Source: Spartobacteria bacterium
Lineage (GTDB): Bacteria; Verrucomicrobiota; Verrucomicrobiia; Chthoniobacterales; UBA6821
Assembly (NCBI GenBank): GCA_947487385.1
Contig: CANKWU010000001.1
Location: 75,576-139,575, forward strand
Direction: 5' to 3'
Length of the DNA stretch: 64,000 bases
In this document: in pieces, positions 1 to 8,508 of the stretch
Position numbering within the stretch: position 1 is the stretch's first letter
How the letters are laid out: every line of letters begins with the position of its first letter
The notes under the pieces: generated by a model
Told to the model about the DNA's origin: nothing
Seen by the model: only the letters and a program-made list of their open reading frames with translations
Database searches by the model: none
Program-made: the position numbers and the translations under genes

Positions 1-246
1 TATGAGTTCCTTGCCCCTAAGAACTCTCTCTCCCCGGAGCGGGAGCGCAGTCGTGACCAGTTCTGGAAGGGAGTTATTCTTTTTCGTGAGCGCAAGTGGG
101 AGGAGGCAATCAAGGCCTTCTCCTCGGCGCGTATTCCCGGAATTCCTGACAAGGTGCTGGATCACTATCTGGAGCGCGTCGAGAGGGCCCGCCGAGGCGA
201 TGATGAACTGACACCCGAGCAGGCACTGCTGGCTGAAGCAGTTTAA
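1..246 (+). CDS. 3' end of a CDS entering from the left edge (C-terminal tail, possibly of a class III nucleotidyl-cyclase-type protein)
   Basis: Frame 1 is open from nt 1 to TAA at 244-246. It reads YEFLAPKN..FWKGVILFRERKWEEAIKAF..YLERVERARRG.., which looks like real protein. The frame-2 track ORF 2..211 is S/R-rich and looks non-coding. The cyclase-tail resemblance is from memory only. Confidence 0.4.
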   Translation, partial: YEFLAPKNSLSPERERSRDQFWKGVILFRERKWEEAIKAFSSARIPGIPDKVLDHYLERVERARRGDDELTPEQALLAEAV

Positions 247-259
247 GAACTTTCCTTGA

Positions 260-850
260 TTACTGGTCGTCGGGATCCACGGTGCCGATGGCTCTGATCC
301 CCTTTTTGGAAAGTTCGAAGAGCTCTGTGGAGACGGGTTGGGGAGAGATCAAGTAGTCGTCACGAATCATCTGGATCATCTCGGGGATCCTGTTTGCCAG
401 CTTAGGAAAGACATAGATTTTTTTTCGTGAAGGGATGGCCACGATCAACTCCGGTCCAAAGATTGCGCTGAATCGGCGGAGAAATCCGGGATTTAGGATG
501 CAAGATGCAAGCCTTGGATCGTCCGAACTCATCACCGCTGCCTGGATCACCTGATTGTTATCGCGCACCATTAATGGGTCCATGGTCGCCATGAAGAGTG
601 AAGTCTCCTCACGGGATTCCTTGAGGATGGCATCCCAAGCGGATGGGGTCATTCCGGCCTCCGACACCAAGAGAATCGCTTCGCCTTGATTGCTGACAAG
701 GGCGGGAAAAAGCAGGGTTTTTTTTGACCCCGAAAGGAAACGGTGAATCGGCGGACGTTCAAAGTAACCACCGAAGAGCAAGGCAGGAGTCCCTTTTCCG
801 TCGCTCCCATGAAGGCGGTGAGATGATCCCAGGAAAACCAGTGAACACAT
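260..850 (-). CDS. hypothetical protein, no family recognised
   Basis: Track ORF 260..985. I trimmed the start to the ATG at 850 (MCSLVFLG..) because the longest form would run over the ruvA start at 927. The start is uncertain. Confidence 0.45.
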   Translation of the reverse strand: MCSLVFLGSSHRLHGSDGKGTPALLFGGYFERPPIHRFLSGSKKTLLFPALVSNQGEAILLVSEAGMTPSAWDAILKESREETSLFMATMDPLMVRDNNQVIQAAVMSSDDPRLASCILNPGFLRRFSAIFGPELIVAIPSRKKIYVFPKLANRIPEMIQMIRDDYLISPQPVSTELFELSKKGIRAIGTVDPDDQ

Positions 851-926
851 TAAAAAGAGTGAAATTCCTCCCCGACACGACAACCTCTGGTCTTTAGTGC
901 CTAAGATGGGTAAATAACTGGATGTC

Positions 927-1535
927 ATGATAACTTTTGTCGAAGGGATACTGGAAGATGTGCTTCCGAACCAAATCGTCGTCAATGCTTCTGGAATCGG
1001 CTACCAGATTCTCATCCCGCTTTCGAGTTACAGCAAACTCTCTTCCACGGGTGCCAAAGTTCGGGTGCTGACGCATCACCATGTGCGTGAGGATGCCCAA
1101 ATTCTCTACGGTTTTTCCTCGGCTGAAGAACGTGATCTTTTCCGTCTGTTGATGGCTCATGTCTCAGGTATCGGTCCGAAGCTAGCCCTTGCTATCCTTA
1201 GTGGAATGGAAGTCGGGCATTTCAAATCGGCCGTGGTCACCTCCGATATCGCGGCGATTTCAAAGATATCCGGAGTCGGCAAAAAAACCGCCGAACGCGT
1301 CGTTCTCGAACTCAAGGATAAGCTCGGAGTCGCCGCAGAATGGGAAGCAGCAAGTCGTGAAAACGCCCCGTCAGGTATTGAACGCCATCTCCATGACGCC
1401 GTCCTGGCCCTGATATCGCTGGGTTATAAACAGGCAGATGCCCACAAGGCTGTCAAAGCCGTAATGCCCAAGCTTTCGCCTGATTCCTCCGCCGAAGATA
1501 CGGTGCGTGAGGCACTCAGGAATCTGCTCTCATGA
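927..1535 (+). CDS. ruvA: Holliday junction DNA helicase subunit RuvA
   Basis: MITFVEGIL..GIGYQILIP..VREDAQILYGF..ERDLFRLL..VSGIGPKLALAILS..ISGVGKKTAERVVLELKDK. This is an OB fold plus two HhH motifs and a C-terminal domain, about 200 aa. Confidence 0.93.
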   Translation: MITFVEGILEDVLPNQIVVNASGIGYQILIPLSSYSKLSSTGAKVRVLTHHHVREDAQILYGFSSAEERDLFRLLMAHVSGIGPKLALAILSGMEVGHFKSAVVTSDIAAISKISGVGKKTAERVVLELKDKLGVAAEWEAASRENAPSGIERHLHDAVLALISLGYKQADAHKAVKAVMPKLSPDSSAEDTVREALRNLLS

Positions 1536-2881
1536 TCGCCAGCGACCCATCGAAGGCATCTGGTCGCGTATCACTGGAGGAACTTCGTCGCCGCATTCCG
1601 AAGGGTGAACTCTTTGCCGGGAAGGAATGGCGATGGGCCCCTTCGCCCTACGCTCTGGATGGCAAGCTTGCCCGGGAGCTTGAATCCATGGGACACCGTC
1701 TGCTCCAGTTTGCCGAGGCCTGTGACCTGCTTTACAGGCAGAGCGTCGAGGGGCGTCAGCCCTCCTGGATTTCAGAGCTCCTTGATAGGGGAAAACCGCC
1801 TGAGGTTGTCGCCCTTGGCAGGAATCCTGCCTTCCGCGGCCAGATCGCCCGGGTGATTAGACCCGATCTCATTCTCACGGAGGAGGGATTCTCGATTTGT
1901 GAACTCGATCAGATCCCAGGAGGGATCGGGCTCACCGGATGGTTAAACGAAACTTACGCATCCTTAGGCTTTGACGTTATTGGAGGATCGGAAGGCATGC
2001 TCAAAGGATTTTCCTCGGTGCTGCCGGGTGGTGAAATCATTATCTCTGAAGAGGCTGCCACTTACCTACCTGAGATGGAATGGCTCGCTGGGCGTCTCAT
2101 CCGATGGAGCCGGGCAGAGGCAGAGGCCGGGGAACGGGGTGGAAATTTTCTCTGGAAGGTTTCAGATGCCTCTTCACGCGCTCACTGGAGTGGGAATATT
2201 TACCGCTTCTTCGAGATGTTCGATCTTCCCAATGTGCCGTGCGCCGAGAGTCTCTTCCACGATGCCTGCAAAGGACTCGTCTCCGTGACCCCCCCTCCCA
2301 AAGCACAGCTTGAGGAGAAGCTCTGGATGGCCCTCTTCTGGATGGCCCCGCTTCGAGAGTTTTGGCTGCGTCAGCTTGGGGAGCGCGGAATGCAATCCTT
2401 ACAAAAGTGGATCCCCTACACGTGGGTGCTCGATCCGAGTTTGCTTCCCCCGAACGCTGTCTATCCCAAGCTTGAGATTCAGAATTGGAAGGAATTGGGT
2501 GCCTTCAGCCAGAAAGCCAGGGATCTGATCATCAAGATCAGCGGGTTCGACGGCCGTGCCTGGGGTGCCAGAGGGGTCTCTCTCGGATCCGACCTTCCGC
2601 GTGTCCAGTGGGAAGCGGTGATCGAGCGTGCGTTACTGGAGTTCTCGGAACATCCCTATATTCTTCAAGTCTTCCGCCATTCCATTCTAACGGATCAAGC
2701 CTTCTACAATGCCGAAGGAAACGTGACTACAATGAAAGGGCGCACGCGCCTTAGTCCCTATTTCTTTGTGAACGAGGGGAAGGCATCTCTTGGTGGAGTT
2801 CTTGCAACGGTCTGTCCCGCCGACAAAAAAATCCTTCATGGAATGAGCGACGCCGTGATGGTTCCTGTCGTGGCGGGCTGA
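1532..2881 (+). CDS. ATP-grasp-like protein of unknown function (glutathionylspermidine-synthase / circularly permuted ATP-grasp flavour)
   Basis: 449-aa ORF whose ATG overlaps the ruvA TGA (ATGA). Motifs VIRPDLILTEEGFSICELDQIPGGIG, LIIKISGFDGRAWGARGV and RLSPYFFV..LGGVLATV resemble ATP-grasp strands. The assignment is by eye only. Confidence 0.4.
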   Translation: MIASDPSKASGRVSLEELRRRIPKGELFAGKEWRWAPSPYALDGKLARELESMGHRLLQFAEACDLLYRQSVEGRQPSWISELLDRGKPPEVVALGRNPAFRGQIARVIRPDLILTEEGFSICELDQIPGGIGLTGWLNETYASLGFDVIGGSEGMLKGFSSVLPGGEIIISEEAATYLPEMEWLAGRLIRWSRAEAEAGERGGNFLWKVSDASSRAHWSGNIYRFFEMFDLPNVPCAESLFHDACKGLVSVTPPPKAQLEEKLWMALFWMAPLREFWLRQLGERGMQSLQKWIPYTWVLDPSLLPPNAVYPKLEIQNWKELGAFSQKARDLIIKISGFDGRAWGARGVSLGSDLPRVQWEAVIERALLEFSEHPYILQVFRHSILTDQAFYNAEGNVTTMKGRTRLSPYFFVNEGKASLGGVLATVCPADKKILHGMSDAVMVPVVAG

Positions 2882-2973
2882 TTCCGTAGGGAGGCTGCCT
2901 GGTCAGATTTCTGATCACAATCTAAGCGTTCTGATTATGGACGTAATCGGAGCGGAAGTGTCATCGTTTCCTC

Positions 2974-4280
2974 ATGCACACGCTCCAAAACGTGCTGGCT
3001 CGGCTACCGCAGATGTCTATTGGAAACGGAACTTCCCTGCATCAGAAAGCGAATGGAGGCCCGGGCAAGGGGCTGCTTGATCCTATCCTTCGGGGGTTGA
3101 TACGGAATGGTTCTCTTAGGGTCATTGATTGGAGTGGATCTTCGGAAGCCTATGGCGATGGTCAGGGAGAGGAGATTGTCATCCGGATTCATGATCGTAA
3201 AACGGGATGGAGGCTGCTCCTTGATCCGCAACTCGGGGCAGGTGAGGCCTATATGGATGGTAAACTAACGATTGAGAGGGGATCGCTCCATGACTTCCTT
3301 GAACTGCTCTTTCGCTCGATCGGGCTGAAATCACTGAACTATCCACTGAGTGGTTTGACGGAACGACTGCGGGATTTGATGCGTGTGTTTCACCAGTTCA
3401 ATCCGGTCTCACGCTCTCGCAGGAATGTGGCCCATCACTACGATCTCTCGGATGGTCTTTACGATCTCTTCTTAGATGCTGACAGACAATATTCCTGTGG
3501 TTATTTCGCGACTGGGAAGGAGACTTTGGAGGAGTGCCAGGAACTCAAGAAGCGACATATCGCAGCGAAGTTGATCCTTCGCCCCGGTGACAGGGTGCTC
3601 GATATTGGATCGGGATGGGGGGGCTGGGGCTGACGCTGGCGGGAAAATTCGGTGTCGATGTGACGGGATTGACGCTTTCTACCGAGCAGCATGCCTATGC
3701 GAATCTCCGCGCCAGCAATGCAGGATTGGCAGATCGCGTTCGTTTTGAAATGCGTGACTATCGCCATGAGTCACGCTGCTATGACCGGGTCGTGTCTGTT
3801 GGAATGTTTGAGCACGTGGGGGTGAACCATTACGGGGAGTTTTTTCGTAAGATCTCGGACTTGCTTACGGAGGATGGCGTCGCGCTGATTCACTCCATCG
3901 GCAGACCGGAGGGACCGGGACACACAAATCCCTGGATAGCAAAACACATCTTTCCCGGAGGTTACTCCCCGGCGCTTTCAGAAGTTCTTCCTGAAATCGA
4001 GAAGGCAGGTTTGTTTGTGACGGACATAGAGATTCTGAGGATGCACTACGCCCACACCCTGCGCCTCTGGCATGAACGCTTTAAAGCGAGAAGGAATGAT
4101 GCAGGAAGACTCTATGACGAGCCCTTCTGCAGGATGTGGGAATTCTATCTCGTCTCCAGCGAGCTGAGTTTCAGATACCAGGGGCAACTGGTTTTTCAGA
4201 TTCAGTTGGCTAAGCGTCCGGATGGTGTCCCTGTCACTCGGGATTACATCCACAGCTTTGAAGCCGTCAACAGATCCTAG
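2974..4280 (+). pseudogene. cfa: cyclopropane-fatty-acyl-phospholipid synthase, interrupted by a frameshift at a G7 tract
   Basis: ORFs 2974..3633 and 3615..4280 together give a full-length Cfa (..NVAHHYDLSDGLYDLFLDADRQYSCGYF.. then ..VSVGMFEHVG..FPGGYSP..MWEFYL..). The break lies inside the SAM motif VLDIGSGWGG/LGLTLA, at the G run 3617-3623. One extra G restores the frame. Confidence 0.85.
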
Positions 4281-5497
4281 GAAAGGTCAGCTAGGGAAGC
4301 GAGGGATTCCGCCGCCTGACGGAGTTCCTCGCCGTTTGTCTCGGAGTCCTTAATCATGGGATGCGATGGGTGGAGGAGTTGATTAAGCATCCTGTCCCAA
4401 TGCTCCTGACCCCTAACGATATCGATTTCGATCCTCAGATAATGGATAGGAATTTCCTGGTTCAGCAGATGAGGCATTCGCACGGCATCCTTTTCCGTGG
4501 TGATGATGCAGGAGACGCCGCGGCGGGTGCAACGCTTGATGAAGCGGTCGAGTTCCCGTTTGGAGTAGCGGTGATGATCGGCAAAACTCTGGGTGAGTTC
4601 GAGCGAGACCCCTAGACGCCGGAGTCCCTGCTCGAAGCTCTCCGGTGAGGCAATGGCGGAGAGGGCGGCAGCCTTGAGGCCTTGAAGGGACGAGAGTGGA
4701 ATTTGTTCTCCGGTCGAGAAGTCCTGAAGTTGCACCGGGCGGTGCCGGCATTCGATGATGGGAGCTGTCCTATTATATTTCCTGATGCGGTGGTGAAGTT
4801 CCGAGAGATCACTTCCATCGCATTTGGTGATCATGATGTGGGTGGCGCGTCGCAGGTGAGCGGGAGGCTCACGAAGGGTACCTCGGGGAAGGAGATAATC
4901 GTTACCGAAGGGGGCCTCCCGGTCGATCAAGACCAGATCGAAGCGGCGTTGCAGGCGGAGGTATTGGAGCCCGTCATCGAGGATTAGCAGATCGCTTCCG
5001 AATTGAGAGATGGCATGGCGTCCGCATTCGACACGATCCTTATCGACCACGACCGCAACCCCGCGAAGGTTCTTTGCCAGCATGAAGGGCTCATCACCTG
5101 CATTCCTCGAATCGAGCAGGAGAGCCCCGCCCTCGGAAACCACGCGCACGGGAGAGGGGTTGTTCCCGGGAATCCGTCGCAGTGTGCTTTTGTATCCCCG
5201 GCTGAGGATCGCCACCTTTCTTCCTCGCAAAGAGAGCTCTCGGGCGAGTTTTTCAACAACCGGTGTCTTTCCCGTCCCGCCCACCGTAAGATTTCCAATG
5301 CTTACCACGGGGCATCCAACCTGGTGCGGTCTAAGGATGTTGGAGGCGAAGAGTTGAATTCTCAGCGAGACGATGCCGAGATAAATGAAAGAAAGTCCTC
5401 GAAGAACTATTCGGAGAAGCCCTGCCCTTTTTCCAGCACGACGCTCCAGAATGACATCAACGGCAAACTGCTCGAGTCTGTCGAGAAGCTGCCTCAT
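4277..5497 (-). CDS. lpxK: tetraacyldisaccharide 4'-kinase
   Basis: P-loop context GNLTVGGTGKTPVVEKLA..KVAILSRGYKS and DDGLQ are typical of LpxK. The protein has a C-terminal extension of roughly 60 aa. Confidence 0.88.
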   Translation of the reverse strand: MRQLLDRLEQFAVDVILERRAGKRAGLLRIVLRGLSFIYLGIVSLRIQLFASNILRPHQVGCPVVSIGNLTVGGTGKTPVVEKLARELSLRGRKVAILSRGYKSTLRRIPGNNPSPVRVVSEGGALLLDSRNAGDEPFMLAKNLRGVAVVVDKDRVECGRHAISQFGSDLLILDDGLQYLRLQRRFDLVLIDREAPFGNDYLLPRGTLREPPAHLRRATHIMITKCDGSDLSELHHRIRKYNRTAPIIECRHRPVQLQDFSTGEQIPLSSLQGLKAAALSAIASPESFEQGLRRLGVSLELTQSFADHHRYSKRELDRFIKRCTRRGVSCIITTEKDAVRMPHLLNQEIPIHYLRIEIDIVRGQEHWDRMLNQLLHPSHPMIKDSETNGEELRQAAESLASLADLS

Positions 5498-6378
5498 CAG
5501 GATTTGACGATCCTGGCCCCTTTGTTGTCGGCGGCGACAATGGCGATCCTGACCCCCTGCGGTGCGGCAGCACGCATTGACGAAGCGATTTTTTTTGCAG
5601 AAACGGCATCAGGAGCAATGCAGCAGATGGTCGAACCGGATCCGCTAAGCCATCCCCCGATGGCTCCAGCCTGCTCTCCCGCTTGGACAACCTTTCCCAG
5701 GAAGGGCACGAGCTTGGCTCGGTAGGGTTGGTGAAGGCGGTCGCCGAAGGCTCCCTGGAGGAGTTCGTATTTTCCCGTGGCAAAGGCCGTTGCGATTACC
5801 GCTGCATCGGCGGCATTGGCTGCTGCATCGATGATACTGATCGAGTTCGGCATGACCTTGCGCGCCTCGGGAGTGGCTACCTCAAAGTTCGGAATGAGGA
5901 GAATAAAGCGGAGTTTTGATGTGACCGACAAACGGATCGGATCAAGATGAGAGCGGGCAATCGTGAATCCACCAAACATTGCGGGAGCCGCATTGTCAGG
6001 ATGGCCCTCCAGTTCCGCGCAGAGCCGATAGATACCAAGGCGTGAGAGAGGATTGCCGCTCAGGGCATTGAGTCCCATGAGGGTACCAAGACGGACAGTG
6101 ACGCTACTTCCCAGACCTCTTGCTTGGGGGACGCTTCCCTTGATTTTCCAGGAAAACGGGAAGGGAGTGAGTCCGCTCCCCAGGAAAAAACTCCTGCCCG
6201 TGGCCTCGACCATCGCAGGCAGGGCAACCGGCTTTTGCTCCCCGGTGATCGTGACAAGGTTGGCAACATCCATGGCCAATCCAAACGAATCGAATCCAGG
6301 CCCCAGATTTGCCGTGGTGCCGGGGATTGAGACCGTGACGGAAGTTGTGAGCTTCGCCTTTTTGATTACCTTGCTCAT
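5497..6378 (-). CDS. thrB: homoserine kinase
   Basis: Start trimmed to the ATG at 6378 (MSKVIKK..), because the longer track ORF runs through the tRNA gene. GHMP motifs are PGTTANLGPGFDSFGLA and PQARGLGSSV. The TGA overlaps the lpxK ATG by 1 nt. Confidence 0.88.
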   Translation of the reverse strand: MSKVIKKAKLTTSVTVSIPGTTANLGPGFDSFGLAMDVANLVTITGEQKPVALPAMVEATGRSFFLGSGLTPFPFSWKIKGSVPQARGLGSSVTVRLGTLMGLNALSGNPLSRLGIYRLCAELEGHPDNAAPAMFGGFTIARSHLDPIRLSVTSKLRFILLIPNFEVATPEARKVMPNSISIIDAAANAADAAVIATAFATGKYELLQGAFGDRLHQPYRAKLVPFLGKVVQAGEQAGAIGGWLSGSGSTICCIAPDAVSAKKIASSMRAAAPQGVRIAIVAADNKGARIVKS

Positions 6379-6559
6379 GAGATTGAAAAGTATCACTGCT
6401 TCCGTAGTGACAATCAATATCTCGATAGGAGGGGTTATCCCGTGCTTTGCACAGGCTTTGGAAGAGGGCTTGGCTCTTACCAATTTGCCGCTGATCACTG
6501 TATGCCTTTCGAACCCAAGGTTCGTAACCCGTCTATTCACACCATTCAACGATGTTGAA

Positions 6560-6650
6560 TGGCGGTGAGGGAGGGATTCGAACCCTCGGTACCCTTTTGG
6601 AGTACGGCGCTTTAGCAAAGCGCTGCTTTCGACCACTCAGCCACCTCACC
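6560..6650 (-). tRNA. tRNA-Ser (anticodon GCT), CCA encoded
   Basis: The reverse complement folds by hand. Acceptor stem is GGTGAGG/CCTCACC. The D stem is 3 bp. The anticodon arm is GCGCT-TTGCTAA-AGCGC, giving anticodon GCT. There is a long variable arm (GTAC..GTAC) and a T arm GAGGG-TTCGAAT-CCCTC. The discriminator is G, followed by CCA. Confidence 0.95.
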
Positions 6651-6731
6651 GGATAAACAGTTCACAAGATTGCTAAAGCGATGCGCGATGGTCAACCGGA
6701 AAGCTCCTGAAGATTTCGATAGCAAAGCCGA

Positions 6732-8075
6732 TTGGATTATTTAGAGTTTCGACCTCGATTTTTGGGCTGTCCCTCCACAGCACCGATACCCCAATCGGAC
6801 CATGCTGTGAATTCAGAATTACCTCTTCAGTCCCAAGATCATCCGGCAACATCAAAACTACCATGGAGTTCCTGGATCGCCTCCCGGAAGCGTCAGGTTG
6901 CTTTCTGGATACTGATTGTTGCCGTGTGCATGCTTGTAACCCATCTGATCGACGGGCATCTGGCACAAGAGGCTGAAGGTACTGATGGGATTGTTCGCTC
7001 CGGCGCCTGGGGCGATCTTCAGGAATGGGACATTCGTATCGAGCAACCTCAGGAATATTCCGGCTTTGACAGAACATCTGCGGATGGACCGTTTTGGAGT
7101 TTTGGAGCAATGACTCCCGAAGCTGTCCACGGCCTTCTGATCGCCAGTGGGTGCACGGAAGAACAATCAGCCAAGCTACTGGCGGAAAGGATCCAAGGCA
7201 CAGGCGCAATCGTCATTTTAAAGCCTGATTGTGAAATCATTCTCAACCTCTCACCTGAAGTCCGCTCCAAGCTCTATCTACTGCTCGCGCAGAATCCTTC
7301 GAACCGATTTCAGAAAGCGCCCTATTTCATCCCTAAGGGCGATGTAGGGAAATTCTTCGAGAACCATCACTCCTCGGATGGAAAGGCGAAGAGGCTCATG
7401 AAGCGCTTGCTCTATGAGCGGAACGGGTTCACCTATTTCAGCGATCCTGAGACAGTCATCAAGGAACTCAACTCCGATAAGGAGAGGTGTGATTTTATCA
7501 GGAGCCTGACGAGTCAGAACGCCCTTTTGGCCGAACTTCTCATCCGTTCCGGCTCCGATATCGACAAGCCGCTGAACTACTGGGCGCTCTCGATGCCTGG
7601 AGTTCTCTTGAAGAATCTGAAGCCACTGGTTGAGGCACAGAAACGCCTTCCCCACGGTGGCTCTTTCAGCCTGCTGTATGCCCTGCCTCCGATGGCACGC
7701 GACAGACTGTTCACCTCTCCATTGCCACCGAAAGATGGGGATTTAAAAATGCCTGATTGCCATTGGACGGTGCTTAATTTTTTCAGCCAGACCCCGGATC
7801 CTAGGATGAGTGACAACGACTTTGCGGGACACTACATCACAGATCACTATTATGAGATCGCTCAACCGGGAATTGCCGGAGACCTCGTTCTTCTACTGAA
7901 TGCATCGGGTGGAGTGATTCACTCAGCTGTTTATCTTGCCGATGACGTGGTTTTTACCAAGAACGGCATTTGCTACGCTCAACCTTGGATTCTGATGCAT
8001 CAGGATGATCTTGTTGGAACATTCTCTGCAATGAGTCCGATCAAGGTCGGCTACTTCCGTCGAAAAGAGATGTAG
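6732..8075 (+). CDS. membrane-anchored hypothetical protein with a C-terminal papain-like (NlpC/P60-like) Cys/His signature
   Basis: 447-aa ORF with one TM helix (VAFWILIVAVCMLVTHLI). The C-terminal part has DCHWTVLNFF followed by GDLVLLLNASGGVIHSAVYLADDVVFTKNG. Only TTG or GTG starts lie upstream of the TM helix, so the start is uncertain. Confidence 0.5.
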   Translation: MDYLEFRPRFLGCPSTAPIPQSDHAVNSELPLQSQDHPATSKLPWSSWIASRKRQVAFWILIVAVCMLVTHLIDGHLAQEAEGTDGIVRSGAWGDLQEWDIRIEQPQEYSGFDRTSADGPFWSFGAMTPEAVHGLLIASGCTEEQSAKLLAERIQGTGAIVILKPDCEIILNLSPEVRSKLYLLLAQNPSNRFQKAPYFIPKGDVGKFFENHHSSDGKAKRLMKRLLYERNGFTYFSDPETVIKELNSDKERCDFIRSLTSQNALLAELLIRSGSDIDKPLNYWALSMPGVLLKNLKPLVEAQKRLPHGGSFSLLYALPPMARDRLFTSPLPPKDGDLKMPDCHWTVLNFFSQTPDPRMSDNDFAGHYITDHYYEIAQPGIAGDLVLLLNASGGVIHSAVYLADDVVFTKNGICYAQPWILMHQDDLVGTFSAMSPIKVGYFRRKEM

Positions 8076-8108
8076 GTTTCTACAATCAGTGGTTGGTATG
8101 GGGAGACT

Positions 8109-8480
8109 CTAAAAGAAAGCCGGCAGATGATTCCGGAACACAATCACGGCGACGGCAATCGAGATCATAGCCGTGATCAAAACGCCCCCAGCCGCCACAT
8201 CCTTGGCGTTACCGATGCGATCTCTTTTTTCTAGGGATACCTCGTCGGCGAGGAACTCCAGCGCCGTGTTCAATGCCTCTGCCATCCATACCATGCCGAT
8301 GCAGAGCAGGATGGCTACCCATTCCCATAGCCCCAGTTGAAGAATCTTACCCGCAATCAGGACGATCACGGTAGCAATGGCGTGAAGTCGGGCATGCGGC
8401 TGTGTTAGTAAGAGAATCTTCAGGCCGTTGAAAGCATAGCCGAAGCTTTTGACTCGTGCTTGGAGGTATCGGACAAGCAT
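8109..8480 (-). CDS. dgkA: diacylglycerol kinase
   Basis: 123-aa three-TM protein with ..MAEALNTALE..D..S.E....AKDVAAGGVL.., typical of DgkA. Confidence 0.88.
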   Translation of the reverse strand: MLVRYLQARVKSFGYAFNGLKILLLTQPHARLHAIATVIVLIAGKILQLGLWEWVAILLCIGMVWMAEALNTALEFLADEVSLEKRDRIGNAKDVAAGGVLITAMISIAVAVIVFRNHLPAFF

Positions 8481-8508
8481 TCGGGAGAGTGGTAAATTTC
8501 TAGATCTC

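Noticed and set aside
2-211. Track ORF in frame 2 at the left edge.
   Set aside because: Its S/R/P-rich translation looks non-coding. Frame 1 over the same bases gives a protein-like tail ending at 246, so I annotated that instead.
6511-6536. tRNA-like T-arm fragment (GGGTTCGAAAGG on the minus strand) just downstream of tRNA-Ser, considered as a possible att-site duplication marking an integrated element.
   Set aside because: Only a 9-nt match to the tRNA T loop. It lies about 25-50 nt from the tRNA 3' end. The flanking genes (thrB, lpxK) are core genes, and no integrase is present.
6379-6636. N-terminal extension of the thrB ORF. The analogous long N-terminal extensions are 13258..13761, 15994..16089, 36375..37514, 38067..38225, 40008..40244 and 54331..55338.
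   Set aside because: These extensions run through the tRNA-Ser gene or through neighbouring genes. The conserved protein cores begin at internal ATGs, which I used.
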